The position numbers and the translations under genes are program-made. DNA of 64,000 nt from Candidatus Borrarchaeum weybense (GTDB taxonomy: Archaea; Asgardarchaeota; Sifarchaeia; Borrarchaeales; Borrarchaeaceae). Below, piece by piece: positions 1-10,242 of the stretch. The stretch's first letter is position 1, and every line of letters begins with the position of its first letter. The stretch is taken from positions 709,038-773,037 of the forward strand of contig JAHQJS010000006.1 of NCBI GenBank assembly GCA_019057385.1, read 5' to 3'. The notes below the pieces were generated by a model. That model searched no databases, was not told where the DNA came from, and worked only from the letters and a program-made list of their open reading frames with translations.

Positions 1-925
1 CACCAGGTCTAGCTTGGGCTTTATCTGCTCCAATGACCATTGTATATTCATGTGTTTTACTTGTGAGTTCGTCATTAACTAGTGCTATTGCGTCTGGAAT
101 CGCATCAGTTGCAGCTTTACACGCAAATTCACGGTCACTGCCACCGACGTAAGGTATTGCGCCAATAGCTTCAGCAACAATAGTGGTTGTTGGTTTAACT
201 GCATAAGGCGGTGATTCAGAACCGACCCATATACGATCAATCTTTTGTGGATCAATTCCTGCGTGATTAAGTGCCCTTCGTGCTGATTCGACCGAATATG
301 TACCTGTATCCTCGTCCAAATTGCCAACACCTTTTTCCTCAAGTGCTAATCCTCTTTTATACGTCTCTGCATTGGTTCCAAAGGTGGTTGCTATCTGTTC
401 TACAGTAACTTTGTATTTTGGAAGATAAACGCCATACCCCACAAGCCCTGCTTTATGGGAGATTTTTCTCGGAACATATGTACTATATTCTTTGAATAGT
501 GATGATTGGAAAGGCCTGAATTTCATTCCGTACTCAATAACGCCATCGTCACCCTGTTCTGTGATTCTTCTGAAAACGGGTTCAACTGGCATTCCTATAA
601 TGTCATTGACGATGTCAATTTCATCGCTTGTGATCTCAAAATCCGTAATCATAGTGGGTATTTTATATCCATCCATTTCCACGACAGCTGATATATAAGG
701 TTCATATCCTGTGTGAGTTGTTGCAGGATGTCGAATAACAGTAGCAGAAAAAACATTGGCACTATGACCGTTTTCTATAAGGCTAATATCTTTTAATTGA
801 TTATTATTTCCACATTTTGGACAAATCTTACGCTTTGGGAAATATTTTCCATTGCAAGCGTCACAATAACTTGCAATAAGTCTATAACGTGCTGCAATGC
901 TCCTGTGGACGTACGGAACACTCAA
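1..925 (-). CDS. DUF35 (Zn-ribbon/OB-fold)::HMG-CoA synthase fusion, 3' end beyond the window
   Basis: Translated by hand from TTG at 925 (GGAGG 9 nt upstream) with no stop to base 1. DUF35 part: MSVPYVHR..CDAC..CPKC..GVIEYGMKFRP. Then a linker and archaeal HMGS motifs AGLVGYGVYLP..VGSESPPYAVKP..EFACKAAT. Absent from the ORF track because it runs off the edge. Confidence 0.9.
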   Translation of the reverse strand, partial: MSVPYVHRSIAARYRLIASYCDACNGKYFPKRKICPKCGNNNQLKDISLIENGHSANVFSATVIRHPATTHTGYEPYISAVVEMDGYKIPTMITDFEITSDEIDIVNDIIGMPVEPVFRRITEQGDDGVIEYGMKFRPFQSSLFKEYSTYVPRKISHKAGLVGYGVYLPKYKVTVEQIATTFGTNAETYKRGLALEEKGVGNLDEDTGTYSVESARRALNHAGIDPQKIDRIWVGSESPPYAVKPTTTIVAEAIGAIPYVGGSDREFACKAATDAIPDAIALVNDELTSKTHEYTMVIGADKAQARPG

Positions 926-964
926 TTTTCATAACCTCCAGATGCCTGTGCTGCTCGTTTCTTC

Positions 965-2179
965 TTAAATTTGTAGCACATGAACACTACCTACACCACC
1001 AGTGCCACCGATATTATGTGCTACGCCCGTTAAGAGATCGGTGTCTAAATCAACTTGTTTTTTGCCAGCAATACCTAGAAGCTGTTCCCAAATTTCACAG
1101 ATTTGTCTCGAACCTGTTGCACCAACTGGATGTCCATCTGCTTTTAGTCCACCACCGCAGTTTACAACGATCTCTCCAGATTCAGTTGGATATATGATAT
1201 GTTTACTTCCCTTGAACGAATCTACAGCTTCTCCAATAAATGGACCGCCTTCTCCTTTTTCAACAAATTTCAAATCTTCAAGGGCAGTGATCTCTTCAAT
1301 TGTGAAGCAATCATGAACTTCTAGAATATCAACATCTTTTTGTATAATTTTGGCTTCTTTGAATGCTTGTTGGGCCGAAAATCTTGTGGCAGCTAAACCT
1401 GTAAAATCGTTACGGCTAAAGAACGAAAGTGCATCTGTAGCTGCGCCAGCACCTGTAACATAAACTGGTGTTTCAGTATATTTTTTCGCTATCTCTGGTT
1501 TACACAAAATTATTGAGGAAGCCCCATCAGAAACTGGTGAACAATCCAGCAAACGAACAGGATCTGCAATTAAAGGAGACTTCAATACTGATTCAATTTT
1601 GATCGGAAAGGGATATTGTGCTTTATCATTATTAACTGCATGCTGATGATTTTTTACAGCAACCATGGCAAGTTGTTCGCGCGTAGTTCCATATTCGTAC
1701 ATATGACGTGCCATAAGTGTCGCATAAAGTCCTGGAAAGGTATTCCCATAAAATCTTTCCCAATCTGAGGCAGCAGAAGCTAAAGCATCTGTAACAATTT
1801 CACCGCGATCTGTCATTTTTTCAACGCCACAGACTGCTACAACATCAAATTTTCCAGATTTAATGCCCAAACATGCATTATAGAGAGCCAGTCCACTAGA
1901 AGCACAGGCACCCTCAAGACGGAATATGGGAATATGTGTTCCGAAGTTTTGCGCAAGTTCCCCAGCAACTAATCCTTGATCGACAATCTTTTCTGAAATA
2001 AAGTTGCCGACATACATCGACTCAATGTCTTTGAACTCAATGTTACCGTTTGTTGAATTAAGTGATTCAAGAAGTGATTCTAGCATTAGATCACTCATAG
2101 AATCTTCCCAGAGCTCTGAAAACTTAGTTCTGCCGCACGAAACAATTGCAGCATAAGCTCTATCCTGTATTTCTGTCAT
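965..2179 (-). CDS. Archaeal acetoacetyl-CoA thiolase (SCP2-type)
   Basis: EGACASSG, EVHDCF and GHPVGATG motifs; directly upstream of DUF35/HMGS, as in the archaeal mevalonate cluster. Confidence 0.93.
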   Translation of the reverse strand: MTEIQDRAYAAIVSCGRTKFSELWEDSMSDLMLESLLESLNSTNGNIEFKDIESMYVGNFISEKIVDQGLVAGELAQNFGTHIPIFRLEGACASSGLALYNACLGIKSGKFDVVAVCGVEKMTDRGEIVTDALASAASDWERFYGNTFPGLYATLMARHMYEYGTTREQLAMVAVKNHQHAVNNDKAQYPFPIKIESVLKSPLIADPVRLLDCSPVSDGASSIILCKPEIAKKYTETPVYVTGAGAATDALSFFSRNDFTGLAATRFSAQQAFKEAKIIQKDVDILEVHDCFTIEEITALEDLKFVEKGEGGPFIGEAVDSFKGSKHIIYPTESGEIVVNCGGGLKADGHPVGATGSRQICEIWEQLLGIAGKKQVDLDTDLLTGVAHNIGGTGGVGSVHVLQI

Positions 2180-2496
2180 TTTTTCAATTCACCTTGTTTT
2201 CAATTCTAGTTAACGTTTGGAATGAGATTTTGAGTCTTAGGAGTAACCTCAAAAACTGTTTATGAAGTCACATTTTTGTTGATTGAAACATCATTCATAT
2301 TTGAAATAAATCTCTATCAAAGATTATAGTTCAAAAATAGTTAAAATAAACGCAAATAGTTAGCATACCTATTTATTTTGATTCTTAATCAGTACCTCAA
2401 AAACCCTTTATAAATGTATATTTTCCGCAGCTGAAACATCAGTTATTTTTGAAAAAAAATTTTAATATTTTTTTTTGCTCGATAATGAAGTATTAC

Positions 2497-2815
2497 GAGT
2501 AGCTAAGCAAGAAAGCACCACCGCATCAGCGTGGTGATGAATGGCGGTAATGTGCGTTCACTTTCATCACGTGCTTCGAGGGGTCTCCCTCAAGTTATAT
2601 AGGTAGTATGAGGAGGTATCAATAACAATTGGAGGGATCATACGCACACTTGCCAACAAGGTACAGACTCCGATTCGATTGCCTCACCATCGTTAGCCGT
2701 ACCTACGGGGCGTAGGGATGTTAAGCCTGTGGAGATAAGACCTCCGTAACCCGCCAGGGGATCGAGTCTGTCGTAGAAGCAGGAAGCCTCGATGCTTTCG
2801 CATGAGGTAGCTCAC
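2497..2815 (+). mobile_element. Non-coding IS200/IS605-derived miniature element, copy 1
   Basis: Follows TTAC (2493-2496). AAAG precedes the left hairpin; GAAG precedes the right hairpin; ends in TCAC. Aligns end to end with 22991-23301. Confidence 0.85.
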
Positions 2816-2848
2816 TCAAAGATGTTTTTGATGAGGCAAACCTATTTC

Positions 2849-4288
2849 TTAAGATTTTAAAGTGTCAAAAGTCGAGTAAGCTCTTCTTGCCCCAAGATAT
2901 TGAACAGAATGTGAGGCATACCTCATCGCAAGCCGAACAGCATTATACAAATCATTATTTTCGAGCAATCCTTTGATGAGCGCTGCAGCAAATGCATCTC
3001 CCGCGCCAGTAGTGTCCACAGCATCTACTTTTTTAGCAGGAATATTAAATTTTTTCTCACGTTGATATACTGTACATCCATGTATGCCTTGAGTGATGAT
3101 GACTGTTGAGCAACCATAATCTAATAAATCGTTAGCGGTTCTGAGTTTTCCATTTGAGGATGATTCTAATAGTTCCCAACCCTTCTTATTCATAAGAAGG
3201 TAGTTTGTATTTTTTAAAATAGGTTCTAAGGACTCAACTCCCAGTTTCAAATATACTGTTGATGGGCGATAGACTACCAGCTTATGGTAATTTTGTCCAT
3301 AACTAGAAATCACGGCACTCACTTCCCGAAACATATCACCAATATAAAGACATCTTGCGCTTTTCAATAACCCCCAATCAATCTCCTCAGGAGAGTTGAT
3401 GGATAAAGCAATGTCTTCTCCATATGGAACAATTATCCGTTTTTCTCCGTTTAAATCAACAAAAACCAGTGGTTCAGGGGCTTTTTTATCAGGTTCTATT
3501 TTAAGATTAGAAATATCAACACCTTCACGAATAAACTCTTTGATGAGAAGTAAACTGTTGAAATCTCCTCCTAGTTTTCCTACAAAACTTGTTTGGATTC
3601 CAAGCTTGGATAAAGCTACAGACACATTTGCTGCAGAGCCTCCTGGCAATCTATATATCTCATCTGAGATGACTAATTCATCAACATCTGGAAATCCTGA
3701 TTTGATCAATATATCCATGGCTGCAGAACCGAAAACAACGACATCTGGAGCAATTTTTGGTGCTTGAATTAATTGAATACTAAGCTGTGCAACTATTTTG
3801 TGGAAAATATAATGAAGTTGTTCTAACTCAAATCCTTGCTCAAAGGACAATCGTAAAGCGCTGTCTAGGTACATTTGAAATAGGTCTTCAAATGCATTCT
3901 TAATTGAACTTCTTGACATTTCATGTCCTGTAAGGAGCAAAGATAGTGTTTTTCCCATTCTTGTAGGGACATAACAAAGCAATCGACGTCCATCGATTTC
4001 CCTGTATTCGGATTTTAAAAGTTGTGACATCTCAAAGAGTTTTAATTTTTGGATGATAGTTTTATTCGAATGACCCTTTTCTTCCGAATCTACCTTCTTC
4101 TTTAGGCGCTCAATAACATCTTTCTGAATTAGGCATACTTCATTTCCTAACTCTCTAAATAGTCTGATGCCGAGCTCAGAGCCAAATACATTTTTCAAAA
4201 TAGCGCTGAGTTCCTTAGAATCGATCGGTAGCAGCAAAATGTAGGGAAACACGTTTTTATGTGATTCATTCTCATTTTCTTCCCTCAT
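2849..4288 (-). CDS. N-terminal wHTH-like domain fused to a PfkB/ribokinase-family kinase
   Basis: PfkB signatures GGSAANVSVALSKLG and DTTGAGDAF; about 180-aa N-terminal extension with a helix/wing pattern (SNKTIIQKLKLFEMSQLL..YVPTRMGK). Confidence 0.8.
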   Translation of the reverse strand: MREENENESHKNVFPYILLLPIDSKELSAILKNVFGSELGIRLFRELGNEVCLIQKDVIERLKKKVDSEEKGHSNKTIIQKLKLFEMSQLLKSEYREIDGRRLLCYVPTRMGKTLSLLLTGHEMSRSSIKNAFEDLFQMYLDSALRLSFEQGFELEQLHYIFHKIVAQLSIQLIQAPKIAPDVVVFGSAAMDILIKSGFPDVDELVISDEIYRLPGGSAANVSVALSKLGIQTSFVGKLGGDFNSLLLIKEFIREGVDISNLKIEPDKKAPEPLVFVDLNGEKRIIVPYGEDIALSINSPEEIDWGLLKSARCLYIGDMFREVSAVISSYGQNYHKLVVYRPSTVYLKLGVESLEPILKNTNYLLMNKKGWELLESSSNGKLRTANDLLDYGCSTVIITQGIHGCTVYQREKKFNIPAKKVDAVDTTGAGDAFAAALIKGLLENNDLYNAVRLAMRYASHSVQYLGARRAYSTFDTLKS

Positions 4289-4420
4289 ACTAGTTTGCCT
4301 CCAAATATAGGAGCGGAAAAATGCACTCTGTTGTTCTTAATATGTTTTTAGAGTGTTGTAGCGCCTTTTTTTCTCAATCGAATGATAAAGATTATAAATG
4401 GATTATTAGAGACTATATTT

Positions 4421-4456
4421 GTGTTCTAAGTGAAACATAAGTGTTACTAAGGACAC
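4421..4456. promoter_or_regulatory. Candidate operator: inverted pair of 16-bp motifs
   Basis: GTGTTCTAAGTGAAAC (4421-4436) resembles the reverse complement of 4441-4456 (GTGTCCTTAGTAACAC); lies just downstream of TATA-like TTATAAA (4392-4398). Confidence 0.4.
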
Positions 4457-4513
4457 TCGTAGTGTTAATTATTACATAAATTAGACTATTTAAAATTTTG
4501 GTGGAACTAACCA

Positions 4514-5284
4514 ATGAAACGATCACAAGGACTTATTCCAAAAGATTCATTCAGCTGGGCACTTGTTGCAATCCTTGCAGCACTTCATATTATTCTATCC
4601 GTTGTTCCTATCTTTCCGATAATTACTCCGTTTGGTGCTGGGTCGATTGCGGCTTCTGCTATTACTGTTCCGCTTTTTGGAATCATCTTGGGACCCATCC
4701 TTGGTCCGATCGCAGCACTAATTGGCGGTATCATAGGTAGTTTTTTGAACCCTGGAGCAAGTGCTGTTTTTCTCGGCTTCGGTTTTATTCCTGGAGTTGT
4801 TGGTGCATTCATTGCTGGTTTACTAGCGAAAAAAAGATTATATCCCTATTCAGCGTACCTTGCCTGCGTTATTTACGCCGCTCTAGTACTTGGTTTTCTA
4901 TTCTTTCCTCCAAATAGACCTTTTGCTTTGTTTCTTACTTTCCTTTGGCTTCATCTCATTCTTTTATGTGTTTTGACTATAACTGTTCTTATACCACCAA
5001 TTCGGAGACGAATACTTGAGAGTGAGATCCCTTGGATATGGGTGTTTTTCATAGCTTTTAGTAGCACAATGAGCGACCAAATTACAGGTAGCTTTTTCGT
5101 TCAAGCTATAAGTGCACCAATTCTTTTTGGAGGGTATCTGCCAGCAGAAATATGGATCCTTGTCGCCTTTATCTATCCTATAGAACGAATAATCGTTGGA
5201 ATAGCTACTACAATAATTGGCGTTGTGGTTATACGGGCTCTCAGAGAGATCGGTTTTTCTACAGATCAACAATCGATAACTTAG
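4514..5284 (+). CDS. ECF transporter S-component-like membrane protein
   Basis: About 7 hydrophobic helices; PLFGIILGPILGPIAALIGGIIG pattern typical of S-components. Confidence 0.75.
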   Translation: MKRSQGLIPKDSFSWALVAILAALHIILSVVPIFPIITPFGAGSIAASAITVPLFGIILGPILGPIAALIGGIIGSFLNPGASAVFLGFGFIPGVVGAFIAGLLAKKRLYPYSAYLACVIYAALVLGFLFFPPNRPFALFLTFLWLHLILLCVLTITVLIPPIRRRILESEIPWIWVFFIAFSSTMSDQITGSFFVQAISAPILFGGYLPAEIWILVAFIYPIERIIVGIATTIIGVVVIRALREIGFSTDQQSIT

Positions 5285-5319
5285 TTCTTTACCCATTTTT
5301 TTAGGAGCAAATATAGGAA

Positions 5320-6375
5320 ATGAACTCAATTAAAGCGATTGAAGGGTATTTCGTTGAAACTAAAGAATCCCTAATTTTCGATGTGAAAGGTGTTTTACAT
5401 CCCATGGACCGTATCATTGCATTTGTCAGATATTATCCATCGCCAAAAGGAACACGAATAAGAAATGGTATTAGATTTTCGAAAATTTACAAACTTAATG
5501 ATCGGTTTGAGTTTTTAAAAAAACATTACCCACATTATCTCTTCCCAAATCATTATAATGGTAATTTCCTTCAAGGAATTTTTCATAAAGATATAAAAAA
5601 GATCTATAATCCTACTGAAACCGTACAACGTCTTTTAACCAAACCTACTCTTTCTAATCTAGAAAAAGAAAGTATGTCTTTTGTCGAGACTCTTAGCGAA
5701 GGTACATCAAACAATTCTATAGGAATCTCTGGTTCTTTAATGGTCGGATTACATACACGAAAATCTGATATGGATATCGTAGTTTATGGTATGGATGCTT
5801 CCTACAAAGTTCATAAGTGTTTAACTGAGCTAATGGATGAAAGAAAACACAATGTGCGTCCTATGACAATTGATGAGTTGCAGGATCTCCACTTTTTCAG
5901 AAATCAACAAACAGAGTCGGCTTTTTCAACTTTTGTACAGCTAGAAAAGAGAAAACATATTTCAGGTATGTACAACAATCGAGAGTTTTTTATGCGCTTT
6001 GTAAAAACTCCTTCTGAAATAGATGAGAAATACGAAGATTGTCGTTACAAAAAAGTTGGCTTTGCAGTGGTGAAAGGTAGAGTTGCTGATGATTCTGAAG
6101 CTATCTTCACACCATGCAAATACTTATTAGAAGACACAAAAACTATTGATGGCGTCCAGGTAAAAGATATTCGTGAGATAATTTCATTTAGAGGGCGATT
6201 TTGTGAGCAGGCCCAAAAAGGAGAGACAATTGTTGCCTGTGGAAAAATTGAAAAAGTAATAAGAAAAGATGGAACTGAATGGTATCAAATGGTACTTGGA
6301 GAACGTCGGGATGATTATTTCATGCCGATTAAGTTCTTTAAACCTAAGCCCAAGCCTATCGGTGTAATTTCATGA
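5320..6375 (+). CDS. Predicted archaeal nucleotidyltransferase (COG1665-like), paralog 1
   Basis: GISGS..SDMDIVVYG Pol-beta-type motif; C-terminal OB-like region. Confidence 0.8.
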   Translation: MNSIKAIEGYFVETKESLIFDVKGVLHPMDRIIAFVRYYPSPKGTRIRNGIRFSKIYKLNDRFEFLKKHYPHYLFPNHYNGNFLQGIFHKDIKKIYNPTETVQRLLTKPTLSNLEKESMSFVETLSEGTSNNSIGISGSLMVGLHTRKSDMDIVVYGMDASYKVHKCLTELMDERKHNVRPMTIDELQDLHFFRNQQTESAFSTFVQLEKRKHISGMYNNREFFMRFVKTPSEIDEKYEDCRYKKVGFAVVKGRVADDSEAIFTPCKYLLEDTKTIDGVQVKDIREIISFRGRFCEQAQKGETIVACGKIEKVIRKDGTEWYQMVLGERRDDYFMPIKFFKPKPKPIGVIS

Positions 6376-7445
6376 ACTTATTTTCAAATCGGGCCTATTT
6401 TGCTGACAGAGATTTTATTCGGACGAAAGAAGGTTTCTTTTGGGTTGTAGTAGGATATACACATCCACCAAATCGTATTATCGCTTACCTTAAATATATC
6501 CCTAGCTCAACTTCTGGAAAATGGAAGGACGGAACAACACCTCTAGAAAGAGTGCTTCCATATTATTCTGCAACAACCGTTGGTGATACATTTGGTTTTT
6601 TACGGCAAGAATATCCCGATTATCTCTTTTTCTGTCCAGTAAATCAGATTGAGATGTCTACTGTTCCTTATAATAAAATTGATAAGTATTATATCCCCGA
6701 GGAAAAACTCCAGAGTTTATTAAAGAAGAACTCTTTAGACAGTCTCCAAAAAAAGGCAGTAGACTTAATAAAACAGTTATCTCGCCGAAGTGGTGTCCCT
6801 TTAACATCATTTGGAATTATTGGTTCAATTCTTCTTGATATTCATAATCCTGCTTTTTCTGATATTGATGTTACTGTATATGGATCAAAGAATGCTCATA
6901 AGGTAAAAAATAAATTGCTAGAATTAACAAAAGCAGCTGGTCCTTTTTCAAAAATGTCAACTGAGTTTTTAAAAAACTGGTGCGAATCAAGAGCACAAGT
7001 ACTTCCATTAGATGCGAATGAATTAGAAAAAATCTTCCATAGAAGATGGAATATTGGCACATTTGAGCAAACTCGCTATTCTATTCATCCTATCAGAACC
7101 AAAGAAGAAATTCGTGAACAATATGGGGACGCAAAATACGAACCATATGGGTTTGTTAAGATTAAAGCACAAATAACAGATAATTCAGAGGCGGTATATC
7201 TTCCATGCAAATATAAACTCTCTAATGTAGAAATACTAGAAGGTTTAAAGACTTTAGAAGGCGACACCACTGTTGAAGAACTTGTTTCATATGAGGGGTT
7301 GTATTGTGACCTCGCGAAAAAAAACGAAAACGTTCTCGCTTTTGGAAAGCTAGAAAAAGTGACTTACAGAAATAAAGAAGCATTCAGGGTTTTGATCGGC
7401 TCAATAGATGCACACTCTAAAGATTACATAATTCCACTTGTTTAG
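6372..7445 (+). CDS. Predicted archaeal nucleotidyltransferase (COG1665-like), paralog 2
   Basis: GIIGS..SDIDVTVYG; colinear similarity to 5320-6375; ATGA overlap with it. Confidence 0.8.
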   Translation: MNLFSNRAYFADRDFIRTKEGFFWVVVGYTHPPNRIIAYLKYIPSSTSGKWKDGTTPLERVLPYYSATTVGDTFGFLRQEYPDYLFFCPVNQIEMSTVPYNKIDKYYIPEEKLQSLLKKNSLDSLQKKAVDLIKQLSRRSGVPLTSFGIIGSILLDIHNPAFSDIDVTVYGSKNAHKVKNKLLELTKAAGPFSKMSTEFLKNWCESRAQVLPLDANELEKIFHRRWNIGTFEQTRYSIHPIRTKEEIREQYGDAKYEPYGFVKIKAQITDNSEAVYLPCKYKLSNVEILEGLKTLEGDTTVEELVSYEGLYCDLAKKNENVLAFGKLEKVTYRNKEAFRVLIGSIDAHSKDYIIPLV

Positions 7446-7578
7446 AACATCAAAAAAAAGGCTTTCCATACCGAATTCTGTTTAAGAATTTCACCAAAAG
7501 ACTTTTCATTAGGTTTGAAAAAATTTTCATTAGGACTTACCATTTCTAATTTTAAGCTTATAACGGCTGGTAGAAACG

Positions 7579-8439
7579 ATGTTTGCGGATTGGACGAGTA
7601 GATGGGAAGCGCTTATTACTGATCAAAAGTCAAGAATGTATATCGTGAAGGAAGATGGAAGTTTAGCTGAAGCTGGTGTCAAACAAGAAAATCTGAGTTC
7701 AGGATCTGTAGTTTTGATTGTAGATATTGTTGCTCGTGCAATTTGGATATGGCATGGAAAAGATGTAGGCCCAAAAGACAAATTTATTGGTGCAAGAGCA
7801 GCCAGAGCTCTACGAAGTGTTGTGGGTCCTAAGTTTCGTACTATGTCCCCATTAAGTGAAGGCGAAGAAACTTCAGATTTGTTAAAAGTCTTTGAATCTA
7901 CTGGTGGGATAATGGAAGAACCTTCGGCGCCACCTGTTCAACTTGAAGATGTACCAGAAGACCCCATCATGCCACTTACTCAACTTAAGGAGGACGCTGA
8001 AGACCCTTCAACACCACCCATTCAACTTGAAGAAATATCTCCTCCCATAGAAGAAATTAATGAAGTGACAAATAGCACTCAGACCGATACATCTGTTCAA
8101 CGCGTGACAAAAACTACTGAATCGAAGACTGAGGAAAAGCCTGAGGTTTCTTTATCATCTTTGGATTCCGAAAAAGTACGTGATTTAGCGTCGTTAATTA
8201 TTTCGTATACTTTAAAGCAAATTTATCGAGTTGAACCAATTATAAGTAGAACTAAGACACATGACCTCTTTCGAGTTAGTCAAGAAGGCGTGCAATTGTG
8301 TAAAGTAAAAATACAAATACAAAATACCACTATTAGCGTTTTAGAAGCCGTTTTTGATGAAAAAGAAGAAAAAAACGCATTTTATGAGGATTTAAATGAG
8401 CAACTGCGTCTTATTCAAAAAATAGCTTTAAGTACATGA
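7579..8439 (+). CDS. Gelsolin-domain protein with Pro/Glu linker and unknown C-terminal domain
   Basis: LSSGSVVLIVD..IWIWHGKD..KFIGARAAR..EGEET matches the gelsolin repeat consensus; duplicated motif PS(A/T)PP(V/I)QLE. Confidence 0.75.
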   Translation: MFADWTSRWEALITDQKSRMYIVKEDGSLAEAGVKQENLSSGSVVLIVDIVARAIWIWHGKDVGPKDKFIGARAARALRSVVGPKFRTMSPLSEGEETSDLLKVFESTGGIMEEPSAPPVQLEDVPEDPIMPLTQLKEDAEDPSTPPIQLEEISPPIEEINEVTNSTQTDTSVQRVTKTTESKTEEKPEVSLSSLDSEKVRDLASLIISYTLKQIYRVEPIISRTKTHDLFRVSQEGVQLCKVKIQIQNTTISVLEAVFDEKEEKNAFYEDLNEQLRLIQKIALST

Positions 8440-8521
8440 AACTCCTTTTACCATTTAACCACTATGTACAAGACCATATTTCTTCACTAATTTTTATTCA
8501 TTGATATAAGGAGCATTTGAA

Positions 8522-10090
8522 ATGGAATTTAATGATCTAACAGGCCATAATCAACTATTAAATAGAGTAATTCCAATTATATTTCTACTAATTTTTATAG
8601 GACTTATGATTTTCACATTTCTCTTTGAGACCTATCTTCTTGCATTTTTGATTTTTGGTCCGATAGTTTTCGCATTGGCTTGGTTTTCGTATGGCTACTT
8701 AAGAGTAAGACCATTTCGTATCCCACTTAAACTAATGTTTCTCGTAGGTTACGGAGGAGTTTTTATCATATTCACGGCATTAATTCTCAACCAGCTTGGA
8801 GCCCTTAATGCGATAGTAGGAATTTTGCTCATCGGTACAATAATTGCTCCCGAATTATGGCTTACGGTACTTACTGTTGTAATAGTAGCACCTCTTGTTG
8901 AAGAATTTACTAAAGCGCTTCCTAATATGTTATTCTACTGGTCTAAAGAACAGAGTGTCTCAACTGTAATAAAAGGCGAAAGAAAAGGGCTACTTTATAG
9001 TGAATACAGAGGTTGGTTCTTCGGAATAATGACGGGTGCGATCTTTACAGTCCTGGAAACTTATCTTTATGTCTTTATCAATCTCCCCGCAGTTGGAGTA
9101 ACTGATCTCTTTCAATATTGGTTACAGGTGGTTCTTCGGGGTGGCGCTCCGGTACACATGGGTGGTGCCATGCTGACAGGTTATGCTCTCGGAAAAGCTG
9201 ATCGCTTACGAACAAAAACAAACTCGCGCTTCTCGGCGCTAAAAACGGTTTTCCTGTTCTATATACTAGCAGTCTTGTTACATCTTTCTTGGAATGGATC
9301 AAGCGTGTTGTTTTCCCTAGTACCTAGTGGATTTGTATTTGATATTGCTTCTCTCGTAGTTTTCGCAATTCTTGGTGTTATAGTTTACATTATTGGATTT
9401 AAACTCATGAAAAACAGTTTAGATATAGCCAAAGACTTTTCTAGTTGTGAGAGATGTGATCTAAATTTTCCCTCAGAGTTAGAAAGTTGTCCGCACTGCG
9501 TGAAAAACCTAAAAGTAGTTAAAAAGATGCCTTCTGAAATGGTCTCGTATAAGTTTTGCGAATCCTGCAATGAAAAGTATTCTATAACGGATGACTTTTG
9601 TAAAAAATGCGGTCAAAAACTTTCTTCTAAAAAAGACATAGACACACAATTTGTAGAAAAAAAGCCTCAATTACTAGCAATTTCGACGCTTTTAATGCTG
9701 ATGCTAAATATCTTGTTAGGGTTTGCCCTAGTTCTTGGAGGTTATCTCCTCGTATTATTGGCGGCAACAACAGGTGTTTCTGGGGCTGTTGTGTTGGCAA
9801 GCTTTGCTTTGCTTATCGGTATTCTCTCATTTGCAGGAGTATTGGGCGTATTTTTCCGATGGTATTCAGGTTGGTACATTTCAATACTGTTTGCAATTAC
9901 TATCGCGGCATCTGTTATACTCGTAGCAAGCTTCGGAGTAGGCTACTTAATCATTACAACAGGATTAACGCCTTTAGTTGGTCTTGCACTAGGACTTGGT
10001 GGTTTCGTTGTAGTAGCTATTCTCTTAATTCTCTTCTTCGTCTTCACAAAAGAAGAAGACTTCCTTACAATGCGTTTTAGAGCAATGTGA
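8522..10090 (+). CDS. PrsW-family intramembrane metalloprotease with double Zn-ribbon and extra TM helices
   Basis: APLVEEFTK, conserved H and HLSWNG motifs; four CxxC (CERC/CPHC/CESC/CKKC); four C-terminal TM helices. Confidence 0.8.
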   Translation: MEFNDLTGHNQLLNRVIPIIFLLIFIGLMIFTFLFETYLLAFLIFGPIVFALAWFSYGYLRVRPFRIPLKLMFLVGYGGVFIIFTALILNQLGALNAIVGILLIGTIIAPELWLTVLTVVIVAPLVEEFTKALPNMLFYWSKEQSVSTVIKGERKGLLYSEYRGWFFGIMTGAIFTVLETYLYVFINLPAVGVTDLFQYWLQVVLRGGAPVHMGGAMLTGYALGKADRLRTKTNSRFSALKTVFLFYILAVLLHLSWNGSSVLFSLVPSGFVFDIASLVVFAILGVIVYIIGFKLMKNSLDIAKDFSSCERCDLNFPSELESCPHCVKNLKVVKKMPSEMVSYKFCESCNEKYSITDDFCKKCGQKLSSKKDIDTQFVEKKPQLLAISTLLMLMLNILLGFALVLGGYLLVLLAATTGVSGAVVLASFALLIGILSFAGVLGVFFRWYSGWYISILFAITIAASVILVASFGVGYLIITTGLTPLVGLALGLGGFVVVAILLILFFVFTKEEDFLTMRFRAM

Positions 10091-10149
10091 GGCTTTACAG
10101 CATTTTTAAAGAGAATAGAACTTCCCTCTCAACAGTAGTTCCTAGTTAG

Positions 10150-10242
10150 TTAACTAGAAGGTGTGGTTACGCACACGTCATCCATTTTTCTTATGGATGA
10201 CGAAACGCCCTTCGAAGCCAACGAGTGCTCGCTTCTAGTGAA
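10150..10242. other. Multi-stem structured intergenic element
   Basis: Outer stem TTAACTAGAAG/CTTCTAGTGAA (10/11 pairs); perfect inner 10-bp stem CGTCATCCAT (10176-10185)/ATGGATGACG (10193-10202). Confidence 0.5.

Noticed and set aside
85-1316. Short ORFs 85-342, 492-698, 506-691, 889-1197 and 1002-1316, and similar shadow ORFs throughout (e.g. 61256-63737)
   Set aside because: They overlap well-supported longer genes in another frame or strand and have no motifs.
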